Notes under the pieces: generated by a model
Seen by the model: only the letters and a program-made list of their open reading frames with translations
Told to the model about the DNA's origin: nothing
The model's database searches: none
Made by a program: the position numbers and the translations under genes
DNA from: an uncultured Desulfurococcales archaeon
Lineage (GTDB): Archaea; Thermoproteota; Thermoprotei_A; EX4484-217-1
DNA length: 64,000 nt
Assembly: GCA_964526225.1 (NCBI GenBank)
Contig: CAZGLL010000004.1
Span: 3,455 to 67,454, forward strand
Direction: 5' to 3'
In this document: piece by piece, positions 1 to 9,731 of the stretch
How positions within the stretch are numbered: the first letter of the stretch is position 1
Layout: each line of letters starts with the position of its first letter

Positions 1-1308
1 GTAGAAGTAAGCAATATTGTTGATGTCGCTAGGTATGTTTTAGGAGTAAATATTCAATACATAAATTTATCAGCTGAAGAACCTATTCTTAGCGATGCCG
101 TAAAGCAAGCGCTTAAAAAACAAATAAGCTATTTCAAAAGTGAATTTGAGAAAATTAAAGGGACATTATCGAATATTCCAGAAGAACTAGTAGGCATAGT
201 TAATGAAGCCGAAAAACTAATGAATGAAGCTAAAGAACTCGAGGAACAAGGATTAGCATATTCTGCTGCAAGTAAAGCTTTCCAAGCAGTATACACTATT
301 GACTACGTTAAGCTACTACTTAACTATATGAATAATGGAGATGTAGCATTAGAGGAAGCTTACAGAGAAGCTAATACAACACTGGATACCGTAAAAACTG
401 CTCTTCAAAAGGTTAAACCTGAAAAATTAAGTGACATCGGTGTTCTAATAGCTTCACACTATAGGCTACTTTTAGCTCAAAAATTCCTTAAGCAAGCTGG
501 CGAGCTTTACTCTCAAGGCGATGTTGAGGATGCATTATTTAGCATTGTTTATGCTAAATGGAGAGCCATTACTGCTAAGCTATGGTTAAATGCTTTAGGT
601 TTAGGTGAAAAGCAACCAGTTCCTGAAGATGCTATTGAGAAGTACTCTCAAACAATAGTTTATGAAGCTTCAAGTGTTGCTGCCTATGCTACATCACTTT
701 TAGAAGATATTGGTGTTTCATCAGATCCTAATCTAAATTCTGCATTAGAAAATCTAGAGGATTCAAGAGATGCAATAGAGAAAGGGGACATATATGGAGG
801 TTTGGGATTAGCTCTATCAACAATAGCTGAAGCAACCACAGCTATTCACAAATACTTTACAGTTAATGTTGAAAAGCAAAGAGAAGCTATAGAAAAGGTA
901 GCTAGAGGATACATTGCGAAAGCTAGGGAGCTAGGTGTAGAACCGATATTGGCATTAGGATATTATGAATTCGCTAAACATCAAAAGAACATTTTGAATG
1001 AAATTTACTTCTACGAACTCTCGTCAATGCATGCTAAAGCACTAATAGATATTTACGTTATAGGTACAACTAAACATGAAGAAGAGGTAATAGTTACTAA
1101 AACAGTTAAGCCTGAAACCCCACCGACTCCTACTGAAACGAACAATACAGAAACCACAACACCTCAAACAACCACCGAGGCTAGAATACAACCAACTTTA
1201 GAGTTAAGAAGTGCTGTTGAAAGAGCCCTATTAATATTATTGGCGTTCCTAGGAGGACTACTGTTAGGCTATGCTATTAGAGGTAGGAGCTCAGCTACCC
1301 CAGGGTAA
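1..1308 (+). CDS. Partial (5'-truncated by window) large surface/secreted protein with a C-terminal Thr/Pro-rich linker and a C-terminal TM anchor
   Basis: The open frame runs from nt 1 in frame with the ORF-track protein at 220..1308, so the N-terminus lies outside the window. The C-terminus has a TPPTPTETNNTETTTPQTTT linker followed by a hydrophobic LLILLAFLGGLLLGYAI anchor. No recognisable enzymatic motif was found. Confidence 0.45.
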   Translation, partial: VEVSNIVDVARYVLGVNIQYINLSAEEPILSDAVKQALKKQISYFKSEFEKIKGTLSNIPEELVGIVNEAEKLMNEAKELEEQGLAYSAASKAFQAVYTIDYVKLLLNYMNNGDVALEEAYREANTTLDTVKTALQKVKPEKLSDIGVLIASHYRLLLAQKFLKQAGELYSQGDVEDALFSIVYAKWRAITAKLWLNALGLGEKQPVPEDAIEKYSQTIVYEASSVAAYATSLLEDIGVSSDPNLNSALENLEDSRDAIEKGDIYGGLGLALSTIAEATTAIHKYFTVNVEKQREAIEKVARGYIAKARELGVEPILALGYYEFAKHQKNILNEIYFYELSSMHAKALIDIYVIGTTKHEEEVIVTKTVKPETPPTPTETNNTETTTPQTTTEARIQPTLELRSAVERALLILLAFLGGLLLGYAIRGRSSATPG

Positions 1309-1417
1309 TTCTTACCTCATTTAAAACATTCGGTCGGCATGACTTTCTTCATCGCTTACAGAGAAAACTTGACTTAAAGGAAAAATTAAATTTAACTTAA
1401 AGAAAAATTGTTTATGT

Positions 1418-2989
1418 TTACTTGAGCGCCCCTAGTTTTCCTTCCTTTCTTAACCTATAAACTCTCCATGTTGGCGTTACATGTCTCGGATGGCTTGCTT
1501 TAACCGTGTCTATTCTGCCTTTAGCTGTATTCTTCGGCCATGTCTTTGGCTCCTTCGGATTCTTATAGGCTATTTCGGCTATCTCTTTCATTCTAGCAGC
1601 ATACCTCTCAAGGTTCTCCTTGGTTTCGGTGTCTGTGAACTCTATCATTAATGCTTCATGCACTATTAGTGGGAAGTATATTGTTGGTGCGTAGAATCCA
1701 GCATCTAACAATCCTTTAGCTACATCTTCTGCTGTAACATCTACTTCGTGCGCCATAGGTTCTGCGCTAAACACTACCTCGTGCTTTCTGAATCTCTCGG
1801 GACCATATGGTAGGTCGTATCCTCTTGTACCCTTAAGTAGTTTCGTGAAGTAGTTCGTGTTAATTACTGCTTGCTCCGTTACCTCCTTTATACCCTGTGG
1901 CCCAAGTCCTAAGATATATGTGAAGCCCCATAGTAGAGGTACTACGTTTCCGAAGAACGCCTTAAGCATTCCTACAGAGTACGGACCTGGCCACTTGAGG
2001 TAGTATCTACCTTTCTTCTCATCATACATAACTATTGGTCCTGGAAGTAAGTCACTTAGCTTAATGTTCCTGCTAGGATCAACAACTCTATCCTTTACAC
2101 ATACTGGTCCTGCACCGGGGCCTCCACCGCCATGTGGTGACCCAAATGTCTTGTGTATGTTTATATGGGCTATGTCGAAGCCCATGTCTCCAGGTCTAGC
2201 GTAGCCCATGATTCCATTGAGGTTTGCTCCATCGTAGTATAGTAGTCCATCTACCTTATGTATTTCCTCAGCTATTTCGAGAATATGCTCCTCAAATAAT
2301 CCTAGGGTGCTTGGGTTCGTTAACATAAGTCCTGCTGTATGTTCTGAAACAGCAGCTCTAAGGGCATCCATGTCTACGTTGCCGTCAGGTGCTGACTTTA
2401 TTTCTACAACTTTAAATCCGGCCATTGCTGCACTTGCTGGGTTGGTACCGTGTGCTGAATCCGGAATTATGATTTCTGTTTTCTTATCTAATTGACCCTT
2501 TAGTTCATGATATTTCCTTATGAGTAATGTTCCCGTAAGTTCTCCGTGTGCACCAGCTGCTGGGTGTAGTGTACAGGCATCCATTCCTACAATGTTAGCT
2601 AGCCACTTCTGTAACATGTAGAACGCTTCTAAGAGACCTTGAACTGTTCTTTCGTCTTGTAGTGGATGAAGCCACATTACTCTAGGGTCATTTGCTACTT
2701 CGAAAGCTATTTTCGGATTATACTTCATAGTGCATGAACCTAAAGGTACTGGGCCATTGTCTACGCCATAAGCCATTTGTGATAGGTCTACGAAGTGTCT
2801 TACAACTTCTACTTCTGAAAGCTCAGGTAGTTCTGGCGGTGAGGACCTAGCTGCCTTCTCTGGAACCTTAAGTTCTCCAACTTCCTTCCTTATTTCCTCC
2901 TCTACTTCGGGAACTAGGAACCCTATTCTTCCGGGCGCTCCTAACTCATATATTATGGGTTCTTCCCACTTTGCTTGACGGAAGACCAT
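1418..2989 (-). CDS. gcvPB: Glycine dehydrogenase (decarboxylating) subunit 2, glycine-cleavage P-protein C-terminal half
   Basis: 523 aa. Carries the PLP-dependent GcvPB signatures HINIHKTFGSPHGGGGPG and TLHPAAGAHGE. It sits directly downstream of the subunit-1 gene on the same strand. Confidence 0.95.
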   Translation of the reverse strand: MVFRQAKWEEPIIYELGAPGRIGFLVPEVEEEIRKEVGELKVPEKAARSSPPELPELSEVEVVRHFVDLSQMAYGVDNGPVPLGSCTMKYNPKIAFEVANDPRVMWLHPLQDERTVQGLLEAFYMLQKWLANIVGMDACTLHPAAGAHGELTGTLLIRKYHELKGQLDKKTEIIIPDSAHGTNPASAAMAGFKVVEIKSAPDGNVDMDALRAAVSEHTAGLMLTNPSTLGLFEEHILEIAEEIHKVDGLLYYDGANLNGIMGYARPGDMGFDIAHINIHKTFGSPHGGGGPGAGPVCVKDRVVDPSRNIKLSDLLPGPIVMYDEKKGRYYLKWPGPYSVGMLKAFFGNVVPLLWGFTYILGLGPQGIKEVTEQAVINTNYFTKLLKGTRGYDLPYGPERFRKHEVVFSAEPMAHEVDVTAEDVAKGLLDAGFYAPTIYFPLIVHEALMIEFTDTETKENLERYAARMKEIAEIAYKNPKEPKTWPKNTAKGRIDTVKASHPRHVTPTWRVYRLRKEGKLGALK

Positions 2990-3006
2990 TTCTCACACCC
3001 CACCTC

Positions 3007-4419
3007 CTATTTACCTAAAATTTCCTTTATTGATGAAACGAGCAAGTCAATATCACCTTTATCGTGCATTTCTGTTACGCAGAATAGTGCTGTTTCACCT
3101 AGTTCTGGGAACCATTTGCCAACGTATAGTCCGCCATGAATGTCTTTCTTTAGCAGTTCCTCATGGATTTTCTCGTACTTTACTCCTGCACCATCGAAGT
3201 TTACTGTGAATTCCTTGAAGAATTCACTCTTAAACACTGGCGCTTTTACTCCATCTATTTCATTTAACTTCTTAGCCGCGTAGTGTGAACGATACATTAT
3301 TAATTCTCCTAACTTCTTGAAGCCATGCTTACCTAGTAGGGCCATGTACACTGCTGCTCCTAATGCACATAGCATTTCGTTAGTACAGATGTTCGATGTT
3401 GCTCTTTCTCTTCTAATGTGTTGCTCTCTTGTTTGAAGTATCATTGCGAAACCTAGTTCTTTACCGTCTTCTGTTGTTGTTAATCCCATGATTCTACCTG
3501 GCATTTGCCTAACTATTCTCATATCCCATTTAGCAGCGAAAATGCCTAGATATGGTCCTCCGAAGTTCATGCCTAAACCTAATGGCTGGCCTTCTCCTAC
3601 AGCAATATCTGCACCTAGTTTACCTGGTGCTTCAAGAACGCCTAAGCTTATTGGGTCAACACCCATTATAAATAGTGCTCCGTAGTCATGAGCTATTTCA
3701 CCTATTGCTTTAGCATTCTCCTCTATGAATCCAAGGAATGATGGGTTCTCAATGTATACTGCTGCTACATCCTTAGGACTTAGTTTCTCCTTCAGATCCT
3801 CTAGATCCATTAGTCCTGTTTCCTTATCATATTTTACCTTCTCTATTTTGAGACCTTTAGGTTCAGTATAGGCTTTAACTACTGGTTCATGGTAGGGATT
3901 CATTGTTGAAGGTACTAAAACCCTAGTCTTGCCTTTCTTCTGAATACGCATTGCCATGAGAAATGATTCTGCAGCTGCTGACGCCCAATCATACATTGAT
4001 GAGTTAATTATTTCCATTTCTAAAAGATCAGCCATCATGCTCTGGTATTCAAAGAGAGCCTGCATAAGTCCCTGGGAAATTTCTGGCTGATATGGTGTAT
4101 ATGCCGTGTAGAATTCAGCACGTGACATAATGTATTTCACTACTGATGGAACATAGTGTGGCCATGAGCCACCTCCTAAAAATACTGGCGGGTTCATGAA
4201 TACCTTATTTTTATTGAAGAGTTTTTCAACGAACTTTCTAATTTCTATTTCGGACAGCGGTCTTCCAAGACCTATTTCGAGCTTATTCCAGTCGCCTTTA
4301 AACCTTGCTCCTTCAGGAATGTCTTTGAAAAGTTCTTCGACACTGCTAACACCAATAGTCTTCAGCATTTCCTTTTTAATATTCTCTGGAGAATTTGGTA
4401 GCCAAGGATGCACTACCAA
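3007..4419 (-). CDS. gcvPA: Glycine dehydrogenase (decarboxylating) subunit 1, glycine-cleavage P-protein N-terminal half
   Basis: 470 aa with typical GcvPA architecture (YTPYQPEISQG). The ORF-track start corresponds to a TTG codon (plus-strand caa at 4417-4419). Confidence 0.93.
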   Translation of the reverse strand: MVVHPWLPNSPENIKKEMLKTIGVSSVEELFKDIPEGARFKGDWNKLEIGLGRPLSEIEIRKFVEKLFNKNKVFMNPPVFLGGGSWPHYVPSVVKYIMSRAEFYTAYTPYQPEISQGLMQALFEYQSMMADLLEMEIINSSMYDWASAAAESFLMAMRIQKKGKTRVLVPSTMNPYHEPVVKAYTEPKGLKIEKVKYDKETGLMDLEDLKEKLSPKDVAAVYIENPSFLGFIEENAKAIGEIAHDYGALFIMGVDPISLGVLEAPGKLGADIAVGEGQPLGLGMNFGGPYLGIFAAKWDMRIVRQMPGRIMGLTTTEDGKELGFAMILQTREQHIRRERATSNICTNEMLCALGAAVYMALLGKHGFKKLGELIMYRSHYAAKKLNEIDGVKAPVFKSEFFKEFTVNFDGAGVKYEKIHEELLKKDIHGGLYVGKWFPELGETALFCVTEMHDKGDIDLLVSSIKEILGK

Positions 4420-4598
4420 AATATAACCCCAAATACATACTTTTTAGATCGGATTCTTAAAACGATTTCCATAATGAAACTAATAAAGGAATACAAAAAT
4501 GCAGTTGTTTATGGTGTTTTCTACGATTAAATATTTAGTTTCACAATAATGTTATTATAGGTTTATTTAAATTAGAAAAAACCTTATTATGATATTGG
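4420..4598. promoter_or_regulatory. Divergent promoter region between gcvPA (minus) and gcvT (plus)
   Basis: A 179-bp AT-rich spacer. TATA-like tttatttaaat (4563-4573) lies ~27 nt upstream of the gcvT ATG at 4599. TATA-like gttttaagaa (minus strand, 4455-4464) lies ~40 nt upstream of the gcvPA TTG. Confidence 0.35.
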
Positions 4599-5744
4599 TT
4601 GAGGCGGATTTCTATGGCCATAAAAACACATCTTTGGGAATTTCATGTGAAAGAACTTGGCGCTACTATGGGCGAATTCGGCGGCTGGGAAGTGCCAATG
4701 CTATATACTAGCTCTATGGAGGAACATAACATAGTTAGAACGGATGTCGGAATATTTGATGTAGCGCATATGGGAAGAGTGAAGCTAACAGGACCTGACG
4801 TACTTCCATTCCTTCAGAAACTTTACCCAAAGGATATGTCTAAAACTAAGGAGCACTGGATGTCAGGTCCAACATTAGCTCTTAACGAATATGCTAGAGT
4901 CAAAGATGACGAAATGGCATATAAGGTTTCCGATGAGGAATGGTTCATAATAGTTAATGCACCCTATAGAGAGAAGATGCTAAAATACTATGATGAAGTA
5001 ATTAAGAAATACGGGTTTAAAGTGCAAGTCGAAGATATAACGTTTAAGTATGCTATGATAGCTGTGCAAGGACCAAAAGTAGAAGAAGTTTTCGAAAAAA
5101 TCGGCGCCGGATGGGCAAATGATCTCCACACACTAGAGTTTAGAATGAATGAGGAAATTGCTGGGCAAAAGGTTTACCTAATAAGCAGAAGCGGTTGGAC
5201 AGGCGAAGATGGATTCGAAATTTGGGCTGAACCTAAGGCGATGGTTGAAATATATCGTGCACTACTAAAAGCTGGAGCTAAACCTGTAGGAATTATATGT
5301 AGAGATACTCTAAGAATAGAAATGGGCTTCGTTCTAGGAGGAGACGAATACGGTGAAGATCCGACAAAGTTCCCGCCAGCATGCTGTTTAAGATACGGCT
5401 TAGGCGCTATAGATTGGAATAAGAGAGGATACATAGGTGAAGAAGCTCTTAGGGCATGTAGACGTGAAGGTTGCAGATGGATTAGAGTAGGTATTAGGAT
5501 GAAGAAGAAACATGCTAGAGCAATACTTAGACACGGATATACTATTTATGTTGAAGATCAACCCGTAGGTTGGATAACAAGCGGAACATATTCACCGTAT
5601 CTTAGGAGATCAGTAGGGCAAGCATACATTGATTCAAGATATGCTCTCTTCGGGGAAACCGTTGAAGTTGAAATAAGAGGAAAGAGATACGAAGGAAGAA
5701 TACTTGACTTCCCACTCGTGCCGGGTAGACCTGTAGTTAAATAG
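4599..5744 (+). CDS. gcvT: Aminomethyltransferase, glycine-cleavage T protein
   Basis: 381 aa with a GcvT-type N-terminus (KTHLWEFHVKELGATMGEFGGWEVPMLY, DVAHMGRVKLTGPD). An alternative start is the ATG at 4614 (MAIKTHL). A TATA-like tttatttaaat lies about 30 nt upstream. Confidence 0.93.
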   Translation: MRRISMAIKTHLWEFHVKELGATMGEFGGWEVPMLYTSSMEEHNIVRTDVGIFDVAHMGRVKLTGPDVLPFLQKLYPKDMSKTKEHWMSGPTLALNEYARVKDDEMAYKVSDEEWFIIVNAPYREKMLKYYDEVIKKYGFKVQVEDITFKYAMIAVQGPKVEEVFEKIGAGWANDLHTLEFRMNEEIAGQKVYLISRSGWTGEDGFEIWAEPKAMVEIYRALLKAGAKPVGIICRDTLRIEMGFVLGGDEYGEDPTKFPPACCLRYGLGAIDWNKRGYIGEEALRACRREGCRWIRVGIRMKKKHARAILRHGYTIYVEDQPVGWITSGTYSPYLRRSVGQAYIDSRYALFGETVEVEIRGKRYEGRILDFPLVPGRPVVK

Positions 5745-5812
5745 TTTTAAGTTAAAAAGGTTTTTTTGAATCCTACTCTATAACAACACATGTCCCCCAT
5801 AGGGGTTAAACT

Positions 5813-6238
5813 ATGAGCACAATAGAATTCGAAGTTGGAGGTAAAAAATACCTAGTAAGAACGGATGTTAGATACACTAAAACAGATGAATGGGCTAAGA
5901 AGGAAAATGGCAAAGTGAGAGAAGGAATAACAGATTACGCACAGAAGGAGTTAAAGGACATTGTAGGAATCGAGCTTCCCGAGGTTGGTCAGGAAGTTAA
6001 GAAGGGAGAGGCTATAGGAACTCTTGAATCCGTTAAAGCAACAGCTGACTTTTACGCAGCAGTTTCCGGAAAGGTAGTAGAGGTTAATGAGAGACTTCTT
6101 GACGAACCTGAGCTTTTAAACAAGGACCCATACGGTGAGGGTTGGATAGTAGTTATTGAAATGAGTGATCCTAAGGAATTTGATGAACTATTAACACCCG
6201 AACAGTACATCGAAATGCGTAAGAAAGAAGCACACTAA
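5813..6238 (+). CDS. gcvH: Glycine-cleavage H protein (lipoyl carrier)
   Basis: 141 aa with the lipoyl-lysine motif ESVKA and the typical GcvH C-terminal region (DPYGEGWIVVIE). Confidence 0.95.
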   Translation: MSTIEFEVGGKKYLVRTDVRYTKTDEWAKKENGKVREGITDYAQKELKDIVGIELPEVGQEVKKGEAIGTLESVKATADFYAAVSGKVVEVNERLLDEPELLNKDPYGEGWIVVIEMSDPKEFDELLTPEQYIEMRKKEAH

Positions 6239-6265
6239 AAACTAAAATAAAATTTATTTTTTATT
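6239..6265. terminator. T/A-rich bidirectional terminator region between convergent gcvH and the downstream minus-strand gene
   Basis: The run aaaactaaaataaaatttattttttatttt is pyrimidine/T-rich and lies between convergent stop codons. Archaeal terminators are oligo-T tracts. Confidence 0.35.
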
Positions 6266-7387
6266 TTAAACAACCTTCATCATTACTGCATCATGATAGT
6301 CAACTATTACCTTAATATAGTTTCTAAGCATGTTGTCTACTTCTTCATCACCAGTATCGACCCTTAAAACATCAAGGTTTCTAATTTTCCTCCACGTAGC
6401 AATAACTACTATGTTTTTCTTTCCGCCAACCTTCTTTATAACATTAGGCGATATCTGCTGATTACCTCTTCCGAAAATAAATCCCTGGCCACCAATAGGT
6501 GTTATTATTATTTTAGCTTTAGGGTATTTTTCTAAAAGTTCAAGTAATCCTTTCTCGTCAAGATCTTTACCTACAAGTTTACCATTGTAAACAGCGTCTA
6601 CGCCTAAAAGCGTCTTTTCTATACCTAGCCTATCAGCTATAGCCTTGACTGTTGTTCCAGCACCTAAAATGTATAGTGTATCTGGCTCCATTTCTTCAAC
6701 TATTCTTTCAGCAATAGCTCTCCTATTATCCTCCTCATCTGCTATATCGGTGCTTGGCTGTTTGGATGTTTGAACAAGCCCTGCAACAATAGGTACTTTA
6801 AGATAGCCATAAAGCCTAGCTTTTAAAACGTTCTTACGGTATGCTTCTTCATCAATATCTAAGACCTCTTCCTCAACGATTCTTGTTTCACCGTTAGCAA
6901 ATGCCTTAACTATTTCAGCAGCTGCTTTAGGGTTAACTGCGAAAACAGCGCTAAACATTTTCACTCCGGAGGGTATTCCTAACACCGGTATTTTCATGTC
7001 GATAGCGTCCGCTACATCCCTTGCTGTACCGTCTCCTCCAACAAACACTAGTAAATCTACTTTTTCATCAACCATCTGTTTAGCTATTCTTTTGGTATCT
7101 TCAGCAGTTGTTTTTTCAGAATATAGTTCTCCAACAATTTTAGCTATTTTATCTCTATGTTTCGACTTCTTAGCTACATCTTCACCCATAACCTTAGGTG
7201 CAACGTAGAGCTCGAAATCTTCAAGATCTAGGCTATTGAGGAATTCTAAAGCTCTCCCAGGAGTTACAGGTTTAGCGCCTTTCTTTAATGCTATGTAGTA
7301 TGCTTCACCATCTGTTCCCTTAAGACCTACTCTACCGCCCATTCCGGCAATAGGGTTAATTATTAGTCCCAGCTTTAGTTTTCTCAA
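6266..7387 (-). CDS. ATP-NAD kinase family protein (PpnK-like, COG3199-type predicted polyphosphate/ATP NAD kinase)
   Basis: 373 aa. The N-terminal half has the NAD-kinase/diacylglycerol-kinase GGDGT-type motif (LLVFVGGDGTARDVADAIDMKIPVLGIPSGVK). The C-terminal half repeats a Rossmann-like segment. Confidence 0.5.
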   Translation of the reverse strand: MRKLKLGLIINPIAGMGGRVGLKGTDGEAYYIALKKGAKPVTPGRALEFLNSLDLEDFELYVAPKVMGEDVAKKSKHRDKIAKIVGELYSEKTTAEDTKRIAKQMVDEKVDLLVFVGGDGTARDVADAIDMKIPVLGIPSGVKMFSAVFAVNPKAAAEIVKAFANGETRIVEEEVLDIDEEAYRKNVLKARLYGYLKVPIVAGLVQTSKQPSTDIADEEDNRRAIAERIVEEMEPDTLYILGAGTTVKAIADRLGIEKTLLGVDAVYNGKLVGKDLDEKGLLELLEKYPKAKIIITPIGGQGFIFGRGNQQISPNVIKKVGGKKNIVVIATWRKIRNLDVLRVDTGDEEVDNMLRNYIKVIVDYHDAVMMKVV

Positions 7388-7479
7388 CTTATTTCCCAGC
7401 TTTTACGCTATAATCCTTAGTATAATATAAGCATTCCTTATATGTAGTAGCTAGTAAACCAGTAGATAAAGCGGTAAAA

Positions 7480-8418
7480 ATGATTGTTAAAAGGAAGTTT
7501 GGAAAATACGTTATCGTAGCCTTACCTGTGAAAACAAGTTATTGGAAGCCTAGAAAATTCTTTCTACCAGAGGTTTGTATGAAACTTAAAGGTAAGGTTT
7601 CTCATGGAGATATTATAGTATTTTCTGAAAAAGCTCTCTCAGTAGCATTAAACAACATTTATGATGAAGGCACTATTAAACCCAGATTTATCCACAAGGT
7701 AATGGCTTTCTTAATAATGAATATTCTTTGGGGTCATGTTTTAGGAGAAATAACTAAGCTAAAACATGAAACTCTAGAGTGGATAAGGAAAGCTCCAATA
7801 AATGAAATTTCTGTACACAAGGCTCTTTCACTCAAAATCGGAGGCTTGCTTCAAGCCCTCAAACCTTCGTCGGAAGCTGGAATAGATACGTCAAACGTCC
7901 CATACACTTACGTTTCTTTACCTCTAATGAAATGTTCTATTGTTGAAAAGCTTAGAAGAGCTTTAGAAAAGTGCTTGGAAAAGAAAGTTTCAGTATTGAT
8001 TGTGGATAGCGATAGAGTCTATGTCCATAGAAGACTTAATTTAGCTCTCGCTTCAAGGAAAACATGTCTTAAACATCTTAGAAACTACGGTGTACTTTCG
8101 TATGTTCTGGGTAGAACCTTTAGAAGCATGTTCTATCCTAGGGCAACCCCTGTAATGTATTCAGGAATGAAAATAGATTTAAGATTACTTCTTGAAATAG
8201 CTGAAATAGCTGATAGAGCAAGAGGCATTGGTGCCGGAAGAACAGTTTTTGAAATGGCACGTAGATTTGGCGTAAGAGTAAGCGAAGTTACGTGGGAAAT
8301 GTTATCCTCAATACCTCACTACCCTATTGTGATAGTCAAATTTATTCGGAAAGAGCCCCATAGAAGAAATAATACAGTAAAGTCTAGGTGCTTAGGGTAT
8401 GGTTCAAGCGAAATTTAG
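7480..8418 (+). CDS. CofE-like protein (F420-0:gamma-glutamyl ligase family homolog)
   Basis: 312 aa. The segment SEAGIDTSNVP resembles the CofE NAGID-x-SN active-site loop. It overlaps the PTPS gene by 20 nt, indicating an operon. The family assignment comes from motif recall only. Confidence 0.45.
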   Translation: MIVKRKFGKYVIVALPVKTSYWKPRKFFLPEVCMKLKGKVSHGDIIVFSEKALSVALNNIYDEGTIKPRFIHKVMAFLIMNILWGHVLGEITKLKHETLEWIRKAPINEISVHKALSLKIGGLLQALKPSSEAGIDTSNVPYTYVSLPLMKCSIVEKLRRALEKCLEKKVSVLIVDSDRVYVHRRLNLALASRKTCLKHLRNYGVLSYVLGRTFRSMFYPRATPVMYSGMKIDLRLLLEIAEIADRARGIGAGRTVFEMARRFGVRVSEVTWEMLSSIPHYPIVIVKFIRKEPHRRNNTVKSRCLGYGSSEI

Positions 8419-8824
8419 GGTAGGTGTTGAAAATTTAAGCTTTGATGCCGCACACTATACTAAAGGTGTCGAAGGAAAATGCATGAACCTTCACGGACAC
8501 ACCTTTAAAGTAAATGTTGAAGTTGAAGGGGAAGTGAATCCGGAAACAGGTTTTGTCATAGACTTTAGCATTCTCAAGAAAATCGTAAAAGAAGTTATTG
8601 AAGAATATGATCATAAAGTAATTGTTCCTAAGAAGGATGTTAACGAAACGTTTCTCAAAGGAAAATTTAAAGGCGAAGTTAAAATATTAGACTATCCCGA
8701 AGCATCTACTGAGTACATAGCCTTAGATATTGCCCGTAAAATACATGTGAAACTAAACATGCCTGTGAAAGTAAAGTTGTTTGAAGGACTAGGAAATTAC
8801 GTAATTGTTGAAATTAGAAAGTAA
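8399..8824 (+). CDS. 6-pyruvoyl-tetrahydropterin synthase family protein (QueD/PTPS-III type)
   Basis: 141 aa with the FDAAHYTKGVEGKCMNLHGHTFKV zinc-binding His/Cys pattern of the PTPS/QueD fold. Confidence 0.85.
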   Translation: MVQAKFRVGVENLSFDAAHYTKGVEGKCMNLHGHTFKVNVEVEGEVNPETGFVIDFSILKKIVKEVIEEYDHKVIVPKKDVNETFLKGKFKGEVKILDYPEASTEYIALDIARKIHVKLNMPVKVKLFEGLGNYVIVEIRK

Positions 8825-8843
8825 ATAGTGGAGTTGTATTTTA

Positions 8844-9731
8844 ATGAGAGATGTGCAAAATGAAAAACCCATATATCCAATATACATAAGCAGGGTTGGC
8901 GTAAGAAACATTAAGAGAAGAATAATTCTCGAAGCACCTAAAAGAAGGTTGCATTTCGACGCAATACTTGATGTTTACGTTGACCTTCCTGCGGAGAAAA
9001 GAGGAGTTCATATGTCAAGAAATATTGAAGCGTTCATTGAAGCTATAGATGCTGTTAGACTAAAGCCTTTACCTACAATGGAGGAAATCCTCGACACAAT
9101 ATGTGATATTCTCCTTAAGAAACATGAGTACGCTTCAAGAGCTGAAGTAATAGCTAGAACAACATACTTCTATACTGAAACATTCCTTGGAATACCAGCT
9201 GAGGAAGCAGCCGACGTAGAAATAAAGGTTGCGAAAACAAGAGAAGGAGATGTAACTTACGTCGTTAAGGTTGGACTTTCAGGCATGACTGTTTGCCCGT
9301 GTGCTCAAGAAACATATAAATCCGTAGAGAAAACAAAGCTTCCACATACTCCATCACATGTTCAAAGGGCTAAACTTTACTTATCGATTAAAACAAAGGG
9401 AGTTTTCGTTAGAATAGAGAAACTTATAGAGGCAGGTAAAGCTGCTTTCTCAGCACCTACGCTTAGTTTGCTAAAGAGAATAGATGAGTATAGGCTTGTC
9501 AAACATGCTTTCGAAAACCCACGTTTCGTTGAAGATGTTGCTAGAGCGGCTCTCTGTAATTTATACAGGATCGTTAATGGTAAGGTTCCTGAAGATTCAG
9601 AAATAGAAGTTGAAGTCATAAGTTACGAGAGCATACATCCCTATGATGCATATGCTTACGCTAAGTTTTCCCTTAAAGATTTAAAGAGAGAAATAGAGGA
9701 AGCTAAAAAGGTTTCAAAAACTCACACGTAA
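8844..9731 (+). CDS. mptA: GTP cyclohydrolase MptA (FolE2/type IB family)
   Basis: 295 aa with the FolE2/MptA signature RGVHMSR and the CPCAQE cysteine pair. Confidence 0.85.
   Translation: MRDVQNEKPIYPIYISRVGVRNIKRRIILEAPKRRLHFDAILDVYVDLPAEKRGVHMSRNIEAFIEAIDAVRLKPLPTMEEILDTICDILLKKHEYASRAEVIARTTYFYTETFLGIPAEEAADVEIKVAKTREGDVTYVVKVGLSGMTVCPCAQETYKSVEKTKLPHTPSHVQRAKLYLSIKTKGVFVRIEKLIEAGKAAFSAPTLSLLKRIDEYRLVKHAFENPRFVEDVARAALCNLYRIVNGKVPEDSEIEVEVISYESIHPYDAYAYAKFSLKDLKREIEEAKKVSKTHT

Noticed and set aside
8399-8824. Assigning the PTPS/QueD-fold gene to queuosine/archaeosine (preQ0) biosynthesis
   Set aside because: No queC/queE/arcS neighbours. The gene is translationally coupled to mptA and a pterin operon, so a pterin-branch (PTPS-III-like) role is more parsimonious. 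The alternative cannot be excluded from sequence alone.
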